NCBI GenBank assembly: GCA_902761535.1
Contig: CACWKS010000004.1
Span: 5,357 to 69,356, forward strand
From: an uncultured Pseudomonadota bacterium
Lineage (GTDB): Bacteria > Pseudomonadota > Alphaproteobacteria > RF32 > CAG-239
Direction of reading: 5' to 3'
Length of the DNA: 64,000 bases
In this document: positions 1 through 10,073 of the stretch, in pieces
How positions within the stretch are numbered: the first letter of the stretch is position 1
Layout: each line of letters opens with the position of its first letter
Program-made: the position numbers and the translations under genes
The notes under the pieces: model-generated
The model's database searches: none
Seen by the model: the letters and a program-made list of their open reading frames with translations, nothing else
What the model was told of the DNA's origin: nothing

Positions 1-22
1 TGTTATAAATCTTGTTGTTATA

Positions 23-1306
23 TTGGTTTTGTCAGCTTGTTCTATTTTTAGCAAAGATCCTTTGAATATCGAAGGAGAAAGGATAAGCGTTATCCGTGAA
101 GATAGAAATCTTCAACCTGATTATGCAATGGGAGAAATGAAAATTCGGCTACCTAAGTCTACATCCTATGATAAATGGACGCAATCGGGCGGAAATGCAT
201 TACATAATGTCGGACATATCAAGGCCGGCGGAAATTTAGATGAAATATGGAATATTTCTTTCGGAAAAGGCTCGTCGAAACGCAATGTTTTGATTACATC
301 TCCGGTAGTTGACGGAAAAACTGTGTACACTCTTGATGCACAAGGCGTTGCTAGTGCTTATAATTTAACAAACGGAGATAAAATATGGGAAAAAAGGTTA
401 AAACATGAGAATAAAAAGAATCGAGATTCTTCGTTAATCGGTGCCGGTTTGGCTGTTTATAACGGAAAAGTTTTTGCAACAACCGGTTTTGGAAAAGTAT
501 TCTCTTTGCAAGCGGAGACAGGAAAAATAGTTTGGGATCGGGACATAAAATCTCCCATTCGTATTGCTCCGTGTGTTGATGGCGATTTAGTTATTGTTCA
601 AACAATGGATAATGCTATATATGCACTTAAACAATCGGACGGCAGTATCTTATGGAAAGACAAAATCGAAACAGAAAATACAACCATGATCGGAGGAGCG
701 GTTCCTGCTTACAGTGTAGACGATGATTTGATTGTTGCTGCCTTTAATAACGGTCAATTGCAAGCCTTTAAGGCATCAACAGGAACACCTCTTTGGTCTG
801 AATGGATTATTTCAGGAGGCGCGACTGATGCTATGGCTGAGATTACTTCCGTTAAAGCAAATCCGGTTATAGCTGACGGCTTTGTTTATGCGGCAGGTTA
901 TAACGGACCTTTAACGGCTATTGATATTCGTACCGGAGTTAAAGTTTGGTCAAAAGAAATTGCTGTCAGTTCTCAACCTTGGGTAGCAGGACAATTTTTG
1001 TTCGTTTTAACGACTGATGGTGATTTAGCCGCAATTGAACGATCAACGGGTAAAATCGTTTGGTCAACCATTATTCCTTTTGCAAAAGGTGATGAAAAAG
1101 CGGATGTATTTGTTTCTGGTCCGATATTAACTAATGATGCTTTGTTGGTAGTTTCATCAAACGGGAAATTATTTTCAGTATCTCCTTACAATGGAAGAAT
1201 TATGGGTATAGCCGATGTGGAAGAAGGGGTTGAGACAGCACCTGTAATGGTTAAAGAGACATTACTGCTAACTACAAAAGATGCGGAAATTACTGCTTAT
1301 AAGTAG
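23..1306 (+). CDS. bamB: Outer-membrane protein assembly lipoprotein BamB (PQQ-repeat beta-propeller). The start may lie upstream of the window.
   Basis: LSAC lipobox near N-terminus. Repeated G-x-V/I-Y-A...D-G...A-x-D-x-x-T-G-K-x-x-W blades. Confidence 0.75.
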   Translation: MVLSACSIFSKDPLNIEGERISVIREDRNLQPDYAMGEMKIRLPKSTSYDKWTQSGGNALHNVGHIKAGGNLDEIWNISFGKGSSKRNVLITSPVVDGKTVYTLDAQGVASAYNLTNGDKIWEKRLKHENKKNRDSSLIGAGLAVYNGKVFATTGFGKVFSLQAETGKIVWDRDIKSPIRIAPCVDGDLVIVQTMDNAIYALKQSDGSILWKDKIETENTTMIGGAVPAYSVDDDLIVAAFNNGQLQAFKASTGTPLWSEWIISGGATDAMAEITSVKANPVIADGFVYAAGYNGPLTAIDIRTGVKVWSKEIAVSSQPWVAGQFLFVLTTDGDLAAIERSTGKIVWSTIIPFAKGDEKADVFVSGPILTNDALLVVSSNGKLFSVSPYNGRIMGIADVEEGVETAPVMVKETLLLTTKDAEITAYK

Positions 1307-1316
1307 GAATGGTTAA

Positions 1317-2666
1317 ATGGTATTAAAAGTTGCTATAATAGGCAGGGCTAATGTCGGCAAATCAACCTTGTTTAATCGATTAGTCGGACGCAAGGTAGCT
1401 TTGGTTCATGATAAGCCGGGAGTGACAAGAGATCGTCGTTCTCATACAGCAAAGTTATATGATTTATCTTTAGAGATTATCGATACTGCCGGTTTTGAAT
1501 ACACAACCGCCGATACCATAGAAAAACGCATGTGGCAGCAAACGCAAAGAGCTATAGCTGATGCAAACGTTATATTGTTTTTGATTGATGCTCGAGACGG
1601 ATTACAACCTTTTGATGAACATTTGGCAAATTTGGTGCGACAAATGAACAAGCCGGTAGTATTATTGGCAAATAAATGCGAGGGTATTCAGCAAGAAAAC
1701 AGTATTTATGATGCTTATAAGTTAGGTTTCGGGCAACCGCTTGTTTTTTCGGCGGAGCATGGTATTGGTTTAGGTGATTTATATAGCGCTTTGAAAAATT
1801 GTGAGGAAACTTTGAATATTGCCATAGATGAGGCTGCCAAAACCAAAGAAGGAGCCCCTTTATATCTTGCTATTGTGGGAAGACCAAATGTCGGCAAATC
1901 GACATTAGTAAATGCTTTGCTTAATGATGAGCGTATGTTGACCGGACCGGAAGCAGGAATTACTCGCGATGCCATAGCAACTCTATGGCATTATAAAGGC
2001 AGAGCTATTCAACTGACAGATACGGCCGGTCTGCGCAAACATTCAAAAATTTGCGAAGATTTGGAAAAAATGTCTGCTGCTTCAACCAAACAGGCGGTTA
2101 ATTCGGCGCAAGTCGTTGTTTTGGTATTAGACGCTGATGGTGTTCTTGATAAACAAGATTTAACTATTGCCAGAGAAGTTTTAGACGAAGGAAGGGCTTT
2201 AATAATTGCCGTAAATAAATGGGATATTGCTAATCGTGTTGAAGTTTTGCAAAAGCTTAACAGTAAATTGCAAACTTCTTTGGCTCAGGCGCCGAATATT
2301 CCGACAGTTACCATTTCAGCATTAAAAAAAGAAAATTTGGATAAATTAATGCAAGCGGTATTTAAGATTTATGACAGATGGAATACCCGTATTCCGACAG
2401 CACCATTAAACCAATGGTTTGCTGATGTGCAGAGTGAGAATCCGCCGCCTTTGGGAAAAAATAAACGAAGAATAAAGTTACGCTATATAACTCAAGCAAG
2501 GAATCGCCCTCCTTCATTTGTTATATTTTCAAGCAATCCGGAAGGTTTGCCCGAATCTTATTTGCGCTATCTGACTAATTCTTTACGTGATACTTTTAAT
2601 TTGGGAGGAATCCCTATAAGAATCAGCGTGAGAAAAACCGAAAATCCTTATGCTGATAAAAAATAA
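1317..2666 (+). CDS. der: Ribosome-associated GTPase Der/EngA, with tandem GTPase domains.
   Basis: Two P-loops (GRANVGKST and GRPNVGKST), DTAG motifs, NKxD, and a KH-like C-terminus. Confidence 0.9.
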   Translation: MVLKVAIIGRANVGKSTLFNRLVGRKVALVHDKPGVTRDRRSHTAKLYDLSLEIIDTAGFEYTTADTIEKRMWQQTQRAIADANVILFLIDARDGLQPFDEHLANLVRQMNKPVVLLANKCEGIQQENSIYDAYKLGFGQPLVFSAEHGIGLGDLYSALKNCEETLNIAIDEAAKTKEGAPLYLAIVGRPNVGKSTLVNALLNDERMLTGPEAGITRDAIATLWHYKGRAIQLTDTAGLRKHSKICEDLEKMSAASTKQAVNSAQVVVLVLDADGVLDKQDLTIAREVLDEGRALIIAVNKWDIANRVEVLQKLNSKLQTSLAQAPNIPTVTISALKKENLDKLMQAVFKIYDRWNTRIPTAPLNQWFADVQSENPPPLGKNKRRIKLRYITQARNRPPSFVIFSSNPEGLPESYLRYLTNSLRDTFNLGGIPIRISVRKTENPYADKK

Positions 2667-2749
2667 AAATCATAAAAATCTTAAAATAAATAATAGGAAA
2701 TAGAAGATATTAATAATGAATGAATTATTTATTATAAATTCAGTGTAGT

Positions 2750-2779
2750 TTGACATGGTAAGTAAAATTGTTTATAATG
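2750..2779 (+). promoter_or_regulatory. Near-consensus sigma70 promoter TTGACA-N18-TATAAT, upstream of the orphan 2801 ORF.
   Basis: TTGACA at 2750-2755 and TATAAT at 2774-2779, read directly from the sequence. Confidence 0.5.
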
Positions 2780-2800
2780 TTAAAACTATTATAAGGTAAA

Positions 2801-4051
2801 TTGCTATTTAGAAAAAGGGACACTATGTCTACCGAAAAGACCGGAAATGTTTTATTTGAAACAATTTTCAGTGAGACTCCTGAAGGTATAACCTTTCAGG
2901 CTTCCAGTGTTGCCCCAACAGGTCCGGCAATTATTTATTTTCCGGGAAATAATATAGTTTATTGTGATCATAGGCAACTTATAAATATAGCTGATGAAAT
3001 AAACCGTATTGTAAATATATTAAAGCACAATCTTGAAAATGCTAATCTTAGCCAAGATATTATCCGCCGACTGCCTTTTTATGCTTTAGCTCGTTATTCT
3101 ACTTTAAACTTTGACACTCAAGCGGCGGTGGATTTGTTATATAAAAAACACGGTCGCACTAAAGGAATGTGCAGTGACATAAAAAAGCTTCAACAGAATA
3201 ATCCGTATTATCAAGAAGAATTTAACCCTGCTCATATAGGTGATATATATGAACAAATCATCAGGCCTCGAATATCATGTATAAATGGAAGATTAGATGC
3301 TAAACAAGCCGAACAAAATGTCGGACAACTGGTTATTTTTGCTCATTGCTACGGTGCTTATACAGCTCTTAAATTAGAAGAAGTTATGTATTCTAAGATG
3401 CAAAACTTAGGTTATAGCGACAATGAGATTGCACAAATACAAAAACAAATTACCGTTATAGCTTATGCCCCCGCTTGTCCTTTAGGTGTTTCTAAGATGA
3501 ATTTTGTCTCTTTTAAGACTTTGGGCGATACATTTATTAAAGGATATAATAATGCCTATAATTACATGGAGGATTTAGTAAGAAAACAAATTAAGTATTG
3601 CGATGATTTATTAGCTGAAGGATATTCTCAAATTAATTCGCAGGATTTCAAATTATCTTTTTATCCTGGTAAATTTGGTAACATTTTTCTCATTAAAGAA
3701 AAGTTTACTTATGACCCCCTGAAAACAACCGAGTTATCACACGCGTCAGAAGAGCATAATCATTCCTTTAATCAGGGAAATACCCAAGATGCCAATACTA
3801 TGCAACAAATTATGTCGCGTTGTCTGGTTAATGCCGTATTACACGCTTTTGATATGCAAAAAGAATTATTATCTCCCCTTTCGATTCAAGATTTGGTTGT
3901 CGGTAAAGCATCTTTAAATCAAGATAAGGATTTATTGATATTTAAAAAAGCTTGTTTGTCCGGTAAAAGGCAATATAAACAGATGGTTAATACTCTTTTG
4001 AATTCAGCAAAATCAAAATTTGCACAAAGAAAATGCTCTCAACAGAAGTAA
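2801..4051 (+). CDS. Orphan hypothetical protein. The likely start is 2825 (MSTEKT...). It has an alpha/beta-hydrolase-like signature with a Cys nucleophile elbow (A-H-C-Y-G).
   Basis: Long ORF with an SD-like AAGGGA upstream of the ATG at 2825 and no signal peptide. Motifs IYFPGNN and FAHCYGA. Preceded by a near-consensus promoter. Confidence 0.55.
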   Translation: MLFRKRDTMSTEKTGNVLFETIFSETPEGITFQASSVAPTGPAIIYFPGNNIVYCDHRQLINIADEINRIVNILKHNLENANLSQDIIRRLPFYALARYSTLNFDTQAAVDLLYKKHGRTKGMCSDIKKLQQNNPYYQEEFNPAHIGDIYEQIIRPRISCINGRLDAKQAEQNVGQLVIFAHCYGAYTALKLEEVMYSKMQNLGYSDNEIAQIQKQITVIAYAPACPLGVSKMNFVSFKTLGDTFIKGYNNAYNYMEDLVRKQIKYCDDLLAEGYSQINSQDFKLSFYPGKFGNIFLIKEKFTYDPLKTTELSHASEEHNHSFNQGNTQDANTMQQIMSRCLVNAVLHAFDMQKELLSPLSIQDLVVGKASLNQDKDLLIFKKACLSGKRQYKQMVNTLLNSAKSKFAQRKCSQQK

Positions 4052-4098
4052 TAATTATAGCTACAAAATGCAGGTTTCTTTATTTAGAACATTTCAAT

Positions 4099-4812
4099 TT
4101 ATAATTTAAGATTATTACCGAGCATTTTGTGATTGAGAAAAGAGAAAAAGTGGCTTTTGCCGATAATGATATGGTCTTGTAACTTTATTCCCATCAAATC
4201 GCAGGCTTTTTCAACGCTTCCGGTAGCGATTATATCATTTTCCGAAGGTTTTACGTTATCAGACGGATGATTGTGAACCATTATCAAATTGACTGCTTTT
4301 TTATCCAGAGCTTGCCGAACAATCTCACGCGGTGATACCGTTACTCCGGTTAATGTTCCCTTTTGCAAAAAATCAATACTTATCAATTTGAGCGATGCAT
4401 CTAAAAATATCACATATAATTCCTCAACCTCGGAATAAGCTAAAACAGCTCGGCAATAATCAACCACCGTTTCGGTATTGTTTAATACCGGTATATTGCC
4501 GTCACTAAGATTTTCTCGGCAAATCCTTTTTACCGCCGCCGCTATCAATTGAAACAAAACATAAGTGTTTTCCTTTACCCATTTGGTCTTCATTAAATCT
4601 TGCGGAGAAGCATATATCACATTGGCAAAACTACCAAATTGGCGGAGCAATTCTTTAGCTATCGGCTTTACGTCACGTCTGGGAATAGACATCATTAAAA
4701 GAAATTCCAGTAATTCATAGTCAGCCATACTCTTGCCGCCATCTTTTAAGAAACGTTGTTTTACTCTCTGGCGGTGACCTGATTTGTCATTAATATTCAT
4801 TTTATCGTCCAT
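4099..4812 (-). CDS. radC: RadC-like JAB-domain protein (UPF0758).
   Basis: HNHPSDNVKPS JAMM-like motif, an N-terminal HhH-like region, and a typical length. Confidence 0.8.
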   Translation of the reverse strand: MDDKMNINDKSGHRQRVKQRFLKDGGKSMADYELLEFLLMMSIPRRDVKPIAKELLRQFGSFANVIYASPQDLMKTKWVKENTYVLFQLIAAAVKRICRENLSDGNIPVLNNTETVVDYCRAVLAYSEVEELYVIFLDASLKLISIDFLQKGTLTGVTVSPREIVRQALDKKAVNLIMVHNHPSDNVKPSENDIIATGSVEKACDLMGIKLQDHIIIGKSHFFSFLNHKMLGNNLKL

Positions 4813-4821
4813 AATAACGTC

Positions 4822-5493
4822 CTAATTATTTGTTCCGCTTGAGAACTCAGCCGAACGAATATAAAGTGGTTTGGGAAAATTAAATTTATGATTTTTTTGT
4901 TGAATATGAGCAACTTTTGCCAAAGCTTCAGTAGAAATATTATCTGACATTTTAATACAATGAAACACCAATCCGCTAGGCTTGTTTAAAAAACGCTCAA
5001 TACCATCACCAATAATTGAAATTGTGCACCCTCTTCTCTTCATAAAATCGATAATATCTTCTCGAGACATACACTGGGGTTCATTAAGAGGGGTAAATTC
5101 AGAGTCATAAAAACGGACATAAAAATCATCTCTTCTGGTTTCAATAATCACTGCATTGCAATCTGAAATATCATTAAAAGATAAATCTGATAAATAACCT
5201 TCAAATGCAGAAAAACCGCTGATTATCAGATCAGGATAAGCGACAGAAAATACTTTTGCTGCGGAAACAGATGCTCTTACACCGGTGAATGAACCAGGTC
5301 CGACACAAACAAAAACACCTTTTATTTGTGAAAAATCAACATTATTCCGCAACAACATTTTTTGTATTTCGGGAATTAAAATATCTGCTTGGCCAAAGTC
5401 AAAAGTTTTGCTATAACTGTCGATTATTCGGTCTTCTTTACATAAAACAATGCTGCAAGCCGCAGCTGTTGTATCAAAAATCAATGTATGCAT
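4822..5493 (-). CDS. tsaB: tRNA threonylcarbamoyladenosine biosynthesis protein TsaB (YeaZ).
   Basis: N-terminal LIFDTTAAACSIVL Kae1/YeaZ fold signature. About 220 aa. Confidence 0.75.
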   Translation of the reverse strand: MHTLIFDTTAAACSIVLCKEDRIIDSYSKTFDFGQADILIPEIQKMLLRNNVDFSQIKGVFVCVGPGSFTGVRASVSAAKVFSVAYPDLIISGFSAFEGYLSDLSFNDISDCNAVIIETRRDDFYVRFYDSEFTPLNEPQCMSREDIIDFMKRRGCTISIIGDGIERFLNKPSGLVFHCIKMSDNISTEALAKVAHIQQKNHKFNFPKPLYIRSAEFSSGTNN

Positions 5494-5552
5494 TTGTCCA
5501 CTTGATATAAGTTTTAATTTGAATAATCTTTTTTATACATTAAAATCTTTAT

Positions 5553-7271
5553 TTGAGCAATTGTTTTTTTTATTTAAGGGTAATATTGATTATGAATCTT
5601 AATTTGTTGCATGATATGTTTGACGCAGCTCCGGAATTTTGGTTCACTTTGGGAGGCTGTGCTTTGTTATTGCTTTCCTTATTATTGTTTATAACTCTTA
5701 AATATCTAAAAACAAAGCAACGAAATTATTTTCTTAATCGGGACAGAGAAAGATATGCTGAAACGCTTTATGCCTCTCGTGACGGCTATTTTGCCTTTAT
5801 TTATCCGGATGACAAAGTTAATGATCCAATAAAAGAAGTTGTGGGAAGATGTTCGCGAAGGTTAGCAGTAATTTTAGGATTGCCCGGCGGTATAAAATCA
5901 TCCTTTGATGATGTGTTGAAAAATTTTTATAAAGAAGATATTAAAAAAATTGAAAAGTACGTCAGCTTGTTAAGAAAAGAAGGAACGTCTTTTGAAGATT
6001 TTTTTGAATTAAAAGGCTCTAAAAAATTTGTTAGGTTAGAAGGCGTCAGAATAAACGGTGCAGACGGAAGCATTTATTGTGATATGATTTGGTTCAGAGA
6101 TATTACTCTTACAACGAATCGTATAAATGTTTTGGCTGACGAACGAAAAAAAATTGAAGAAAATTATCAGATGCTTCATGATATGGTTGATAATCTTCCC
6201 ATCGCAGTATGGCTGCGTGATGATAATCTTAATATTATTTATCGCAATAAAAAATACAACGAATTGTCGGGTTATAAATCAAAAGAAAATTTTTCAAGTG
6301 ACCAATCAGAAATTTGTGATGCTATCGGAGAAAGTTTGACTAAGGAATTAGCTGCTAATGCGTTCAAAAATCAAAAGCCTTTGACGGCGATAAAAGGTAT
6401 TGTTGTTGAAGGGAATCGTGTTGCTGTGGAAGCTTCGGAAACACCTTTTTATGCTGAACAAAATTTAAGCAAACTATATAGCACGGGCTGTCTGGTTAAT
6501 ATAAATGAATTAGATGAGTTAAAGCGTACTCAAAAACAGCATCAAGAAGCTCAATTAATGATTTTAGGAAAATTGGGGACGGCTTTTGCCGTTTTCGATA
6601 AGAACATGATGATTGATTTTTATAACAATGCCTTTGTTTCTTTATGGGGGCTTAATAAAGATTGGCAAAATCAAAAACTTTCTTACAGTCGTTTTTTAGA
6701 TGAAACACGTGAGAATCGATTATTGCCGGAAGTTCCTGATTTTAAGTCTTTCAAAAAAGAAGAACAAAAAATATTCAGTAATATTCTGGAACCATTGAGC
6801 GATTTGTTACATCTTCCGGACGGAAGGACAATTCGAAGAACGAGAGCTCCTTATTTGTTAGGCGGAGTTATTTTTGCTTATGAAGATATTTCTGACAGAT
6901 TGGCAACTAAAAGCGCTTATAATCAGTTAGTAACCGTACAAAATGAAATGTTAAATAATTTAGACGATGGAGTGTTGGTATTCGGGTCCGACAATAAATT
7001 GAAATTCTTTAATGATGCTTATATTGAATTGTGGCAGGCAAACAAAAATTTTCTTATTTCCGAACCGTCTTTCAGTGAACTCCTGGACAGCCAAAAGTCT
7101 TTTTTTGATGATTTGGAGAATTGGGAAAAATTGAAAAAGGGTATTGGAAATAACATCTTGAATCCCACAACTAAAACTTTAAGTCTAAAACGTAGAAAAA
7201 ATGAAAATATTCAAATAAATGTTGCTCATTTATCTGACGAATCTTTAATGATAGTTTATAGCAAAATATGA
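5553..7271 (+). CDS. Membrane-anchored multi-PAS sensor protein with no kinase or output domain. The likely start is 5592.
   Basis: One N-terminal TM helix (FWFTLGGCALLLLSLLLFITL). Repeated PAS-like segments (DNLPIAVWLRDDNLNIIYRNKKYNELSGY, LGTAFAVFDKNMMIDFYNNAFVSLWG, LDDGVLVFGSDNKLKFFNDAYIELW). No H-box or ATPase motifs. Confidence 0.6.
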   Translation: MSNCFFYLRVILIMNLNLLHDMFDAAPEFWFTLGGCALLLLSLLLFITLKYLKTKQRNYFLNRDRERYAETLYASRDGYFAFIYPDDKVNDPIKEVVGRCSRRLAVILGLPGGIKSSFDDVLKNFYKEDIKKIEKYVSLLRKEGTSFEDFFELKGSKKFVRLEGVRINGADGSIYCDMIWFRDITLTTNRINVLADERKKIEENYQMLHDMVDNLPIAVWLRDDNLNIIYRNKKYNELSGYKSKENFSSDQSEICDAIGESLTKELAANAFKNQKPLTAIKGIVVEGNRVAVEASETPFYAEQNLSKLYSTGCLVNINELDELKRTQKQHQEAQLMILGKLGTAFAVFDKNMMIDFYNNAFVSLWGLNKDWQNQKLSYSRFLDETRENRLLPEVPDFKSFKKEEQKIFSNILEPLSDLLHLPDGRTIRRTRAPYLLGGVIFAYEDISDRLATKSAYNQLVTVQNEMLNNLDDGVLVFGSDNKLKFFNDAYIELWQANKNFLISEPSFSELLDSQKSFFDDLENWEKLKKGIGNNILNPTTKTLSLKRRKNENIQINVAHLSDESLMIVYSKI

Positions 7272-7343
7272 TTTGAGATAAATTGACAATATTAAACTTT
7301 TGTGCCATTATTGATGTATGGTTTTTAAGGCAAAGGTAGGCGA

Positions 7344-8180
7344 ATGACACATACGGAAGATTTGTCAAATATTGAGTGGAAACAATCGAGTGATGAAGGG
7401 AAAAAAACCAGAAATTCTCGGCGTCGCGATGTAAAAAAATTGACAGCTTCGGATGAGCAGGTCAATGATTTAGATGTCGGAATGAGACAAATTAAATCGT
7501 TTTTCCCAAATAATTTACGAAAAATAAGATCAAAAATTCGTGAAGTTTTTGATGAGGATGAAGATGAAGAAGACGAAATTAATACCGCATTATTTTTACA
7601 TATGAACAATGAAGAATATTCATCATCTCTGTTGGACGGACTAAAAGAAGAAGAAAAAAGAAAATTGCAAGAAGACCAAACCTTAAAAAATCAATCCATG
7701 CAGCAATCTGCCGGAAAGATGGAGGCTATTATAAATCTTAATAATAAACTTCAAAAAAGCGGTGTTAAAAAATTAAGCGAAGATGTTGTTAATGTTAATA
7801 TGCTACGAGTCGAAACAGATCAACAAACATTTGTAAATACAGCTAAACAACATCTTGCAAAATCGGAAAAAATTAAAACAACAGATATTTCTAATTATGA
7901 TGAAACCAACAATTTAATTAAAGGGTTAAATAAAATCAAAAAAGTTAGTTTACTTGACGAGGTTATTGATGGATCTAAAGTTGAAAAACTAGATGCAAAA
8001 GAATTAGCTGCATTGGGAAAAGAAAGTAATGACAAAAAGGCAGCTAAAACCATTTATTATAAAACCGGTCGAAAAAATAAAAAGACCGACAATTTAACAC
8101 CTGAAGAAAAAAAGAAGTTACAACAGAAAATAGAAAAAACTTTAAGCGAAAACAAACAGTATGATGAAAATTCACGTTAA
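7344..8180 (+). CDS. Highly charged (K/E/D-rich) hypothetical protein, probably in an operon with the PAS protein.
   Basis: ORF with an acidic run DEDEDEEDE and a lysine-rich C-terminus. No recognisable domain. Confidence 0.45.
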   Translation: MTHTEDLSNIEWKQSSDEGKKTRNSRRRDVKKLTASDEQVNDLDVGMRQIKSFFPNNLRKIRSKIREVFDEDEDEEDEINTALFLHMNNEEYSSSLLDGLKEEEKRKLQEDQTLKNQSMQQSAGKMEAIINLNNKLQKSGVKKLSEDVVNVNMLRVETDQQTFVNTAKQHLAKSEKIKTTDISNYDETNNLIKGLNKIKKVSLLDEVIDGSKVEKLDAKELAALGKESNDKKAAKTIYYKTGRKNKKTDNLTPEEKKKLQQKIEKTLSENKQYDENSR

Positions 8181-8725
8181 TTTTTACCGGTTAACTTAGC
8201 AAGAATCGATTTGTATGAAGTGCTTAATATTTTAAAAATTTCTTCAGATTCTTTAGCTGAAGAGTTTAAATCAGGATGGTATTTTTTTACGGCTTTTTTA
8301 TAAGCTTTCTTTAATGAATCGACATTTATTTCTTCATATTCGATGTTCATTATCTTGAGAGCTTGTCTTTCGTCGGCTGTCAATTTTATGCCTGGCGAAT
8401 CGATAAACGTTTCCGTGTATTTAAAAAATCCGTAACCGTCGTTAAAGCTAAAATCAAAATCGTATTTAAGATGGGATGAAAAATTAAAATGACGTTGTTT
8501 AGAGTATTCCTCATCAAAAGTATTTTCGTTATCATAATAATTCCATTTAGCATTATATTCTTTTACGTGATCTAAACAAAACCAATAATACTCCTTTAAG
8601 CGAGAGTTTTTGGGGGCACGATACTCACCGGCTTTGTTACAGCCGGGATGATCACAAACATGATAATCGCCATCCGGATTTTGCGGGGCAAAATATTTGC
8701 TTTGTCGTTTTGTCTTTTTTATCAC
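8177..8725 (-). CDS. J-domain (DnaJ-like) protein with an N-terminal Cys/His zinc-finger-like region.
   Basis: C-terminal KKAYKKAVKKYHPDLN (HPD motif). N-terminal CDHPGC...C..H. Confidence 0.7.
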   Translation of the reverse strand: MIKKTKRQSKYFAPQNPDGDYHVCDHPGCNKAGEYRAPKNSRLKEYYWFCLDHVKEYNAKWNYYDNENTFDEEYSKQRHFNFSSHLKYDFDFSFNDGYGFFKYTETFIDSPGIKLTADERQALKIMNIEYEEINVDSLKKAYKKAVKKYHPDLNSSAKESEEIFKILSTSYKSILAKLTGKN

Positions 8726-8862
8726 AATAAAATGTCCTTAAATTCAGTTATTCGGTTAAGATAACAATTATCTCTTTTGAGTGCAAGATTTTATTTGTTA
8801 TTGTATTGCCGATAAAATTATTTATAATGTGTTTGGTTAATATGTTTTTAAAATGAGGAATT

Positions 8863-9705
8863 ATGCCCGAGCTGCCGGAAGTCGAAACAATTAAAACTGC
8901 CATTTCCAAAGGAATCGGCAAAAGTCAGATTATTGATGTTATTATCAATAACGGTCGTTTGCGAGAACAAGTTCCCAATGATTTACCAAAAAGAATTAAA
9001 GGAACAACTATCATAGGTTATAAAAGAATCGCAAAATATATAATTATGGAATTATCCAATGGCTTAGATTTAATTTGGCATATGGGCATGAGCGGAAAAA
9101 TTAAATTAACCGACTATATGCCGGATAAATTAGATAAGCATGATCACATTATTATCGTTACAGATGGGGGAATTATTATATACAATGATCCGCGACGTTT
9201 TGGGCTTTTGGTTTACTGTAAAAAAGATAACCTGAATAAATGCAGGTGGTTTAATAAGACAGGAATAGATCCGTTTGACAATAATTTAAGTAATGATTAT
9301 CTGTATGAACAATTACAAAGACACGCAAAATTACCGATAAAATTGGCTTTGCTCAACCAAGAAATAATTGCAGGAATCGGCAATATTTATGCTTCGGAGA
9401 TTTTGTATGAATCAAGAATTTTACCGACCAGAATATCCAAAGATGTATCTTTATCAGAATGTGAAACCTTGATAAAAAATATTCGAAACATTTTGCAAAA
9501 AGCCATTTTAGCCGGGGGATCCACTTTGAGAGATTATAAAAAACCTGATGGGAGTATGGGATATTTTCAACAACAACATTGCGTGTATAATAAAACCGGT
9601 CAAAGATGTCCTGATTGTAAATGCGATATTGCAAAAACCGGAGGAATAAAACGTTCGGTTATGGGAGGAAGATCAACTTTTTATTGTGAAAGTTTACAAA
9701 AATGA
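8863..9705 (+). CDS. mutM: Formamidopyrimidine-DNA glycosylase (Fpg/MutM).
   Basis: N-terminal MPELPEVET. C-terminal CxxC...CxxC zinc finger. Confidence 0.9.
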   Translation: MPELPEVETIKTAISKGIGKSQIIDVIINNGRLREQVPNDLPKRIKGTTIIGYKRIAKYIIMELSNGLDLIWHMGMSGKIKLTDYMPDKLDKHDHIIIVTDGGIIIYNDPRRFGLLVYCKKDNLNKCRWFNKTGIDPFDNNLSNDYLYEQLQRHAKLPIKLALLNQEIIAGIGNIYASEILYESRILPTRISKDVSLSECETLIKNIRNILQKAILAGGSTLRDYKKPDGSMGYFQQQHCVYNKTGQRCPDCKCDIAKTGGIKRSVMGGRSTFYCESLQK

Positions 9706-10058
9706 AGATATTGAGCGTTATTTTAGCAGCAATAATTATGGGAAATACTGCTTCGGCGGCTTTTGTGGAAGGGCTAGAGGATTTTCCTATTCCCAATGGT
9801 TTGGAACAAATAGAAAATGCGGGATTAAATTTCGGCAATGAATCCATTCGTTTAGTTGAAGCTTATATGGAATCCGATTCACTAGATTTTGCGGATATCG
9901 TGAATTTTTATAAAAACACTTTACCTCAGCTGGGGTGGAAGATGGTAAAAAAGAATTCTGATCAAATCGTTTTTGAACGAGAAGGTGAAATAGCCGAAAT
10001 AAAGAAAGAATCGACCAATCCGTTGATTGTTTGTTTATCATTAAAAAGTAAAAAATAG
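9702..10058 (+). CDS. Small exported hypothetical protein.
   Basis: Signal peptide MKILSVILAAIIMGNTASA. ATGA overlap with the mutM stop. Confidence 0.5.
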   Translation: MKILSVILAAIIMGNTASAAFVEGLEDFPIPNGLEQIENAGLNFGNESIRLVEAYMESDSLDFADIVNFYKNTLPQLGWKMVKKNSDQIVFEREGEIAEIKKESTNPLIVCLSLKSKK

Positions 10059-10073
10059 CGGAGGATATATGTA

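Noticed and set aside
1442-1975. Antisense ORFs inside der (1442-1651 and 1715-1975). The same applies inside dnaA (12909-13139), rho (35768-36382), pyk (43361-44197), deoB (45335-46098), mnmE, radA and others.
   Set aside because: They are fully embedded antisense in well-supported conserved genes, with no SD and atypical composition. These are shadow ORFs of the real genes.
5289-5510. The 73-aa plus-strand ORF overlapping the tsaB N-terminus.
   Set aside because: It is antisense to the conserved tsaB N-terminal motif region, with no ribosome-binding site.
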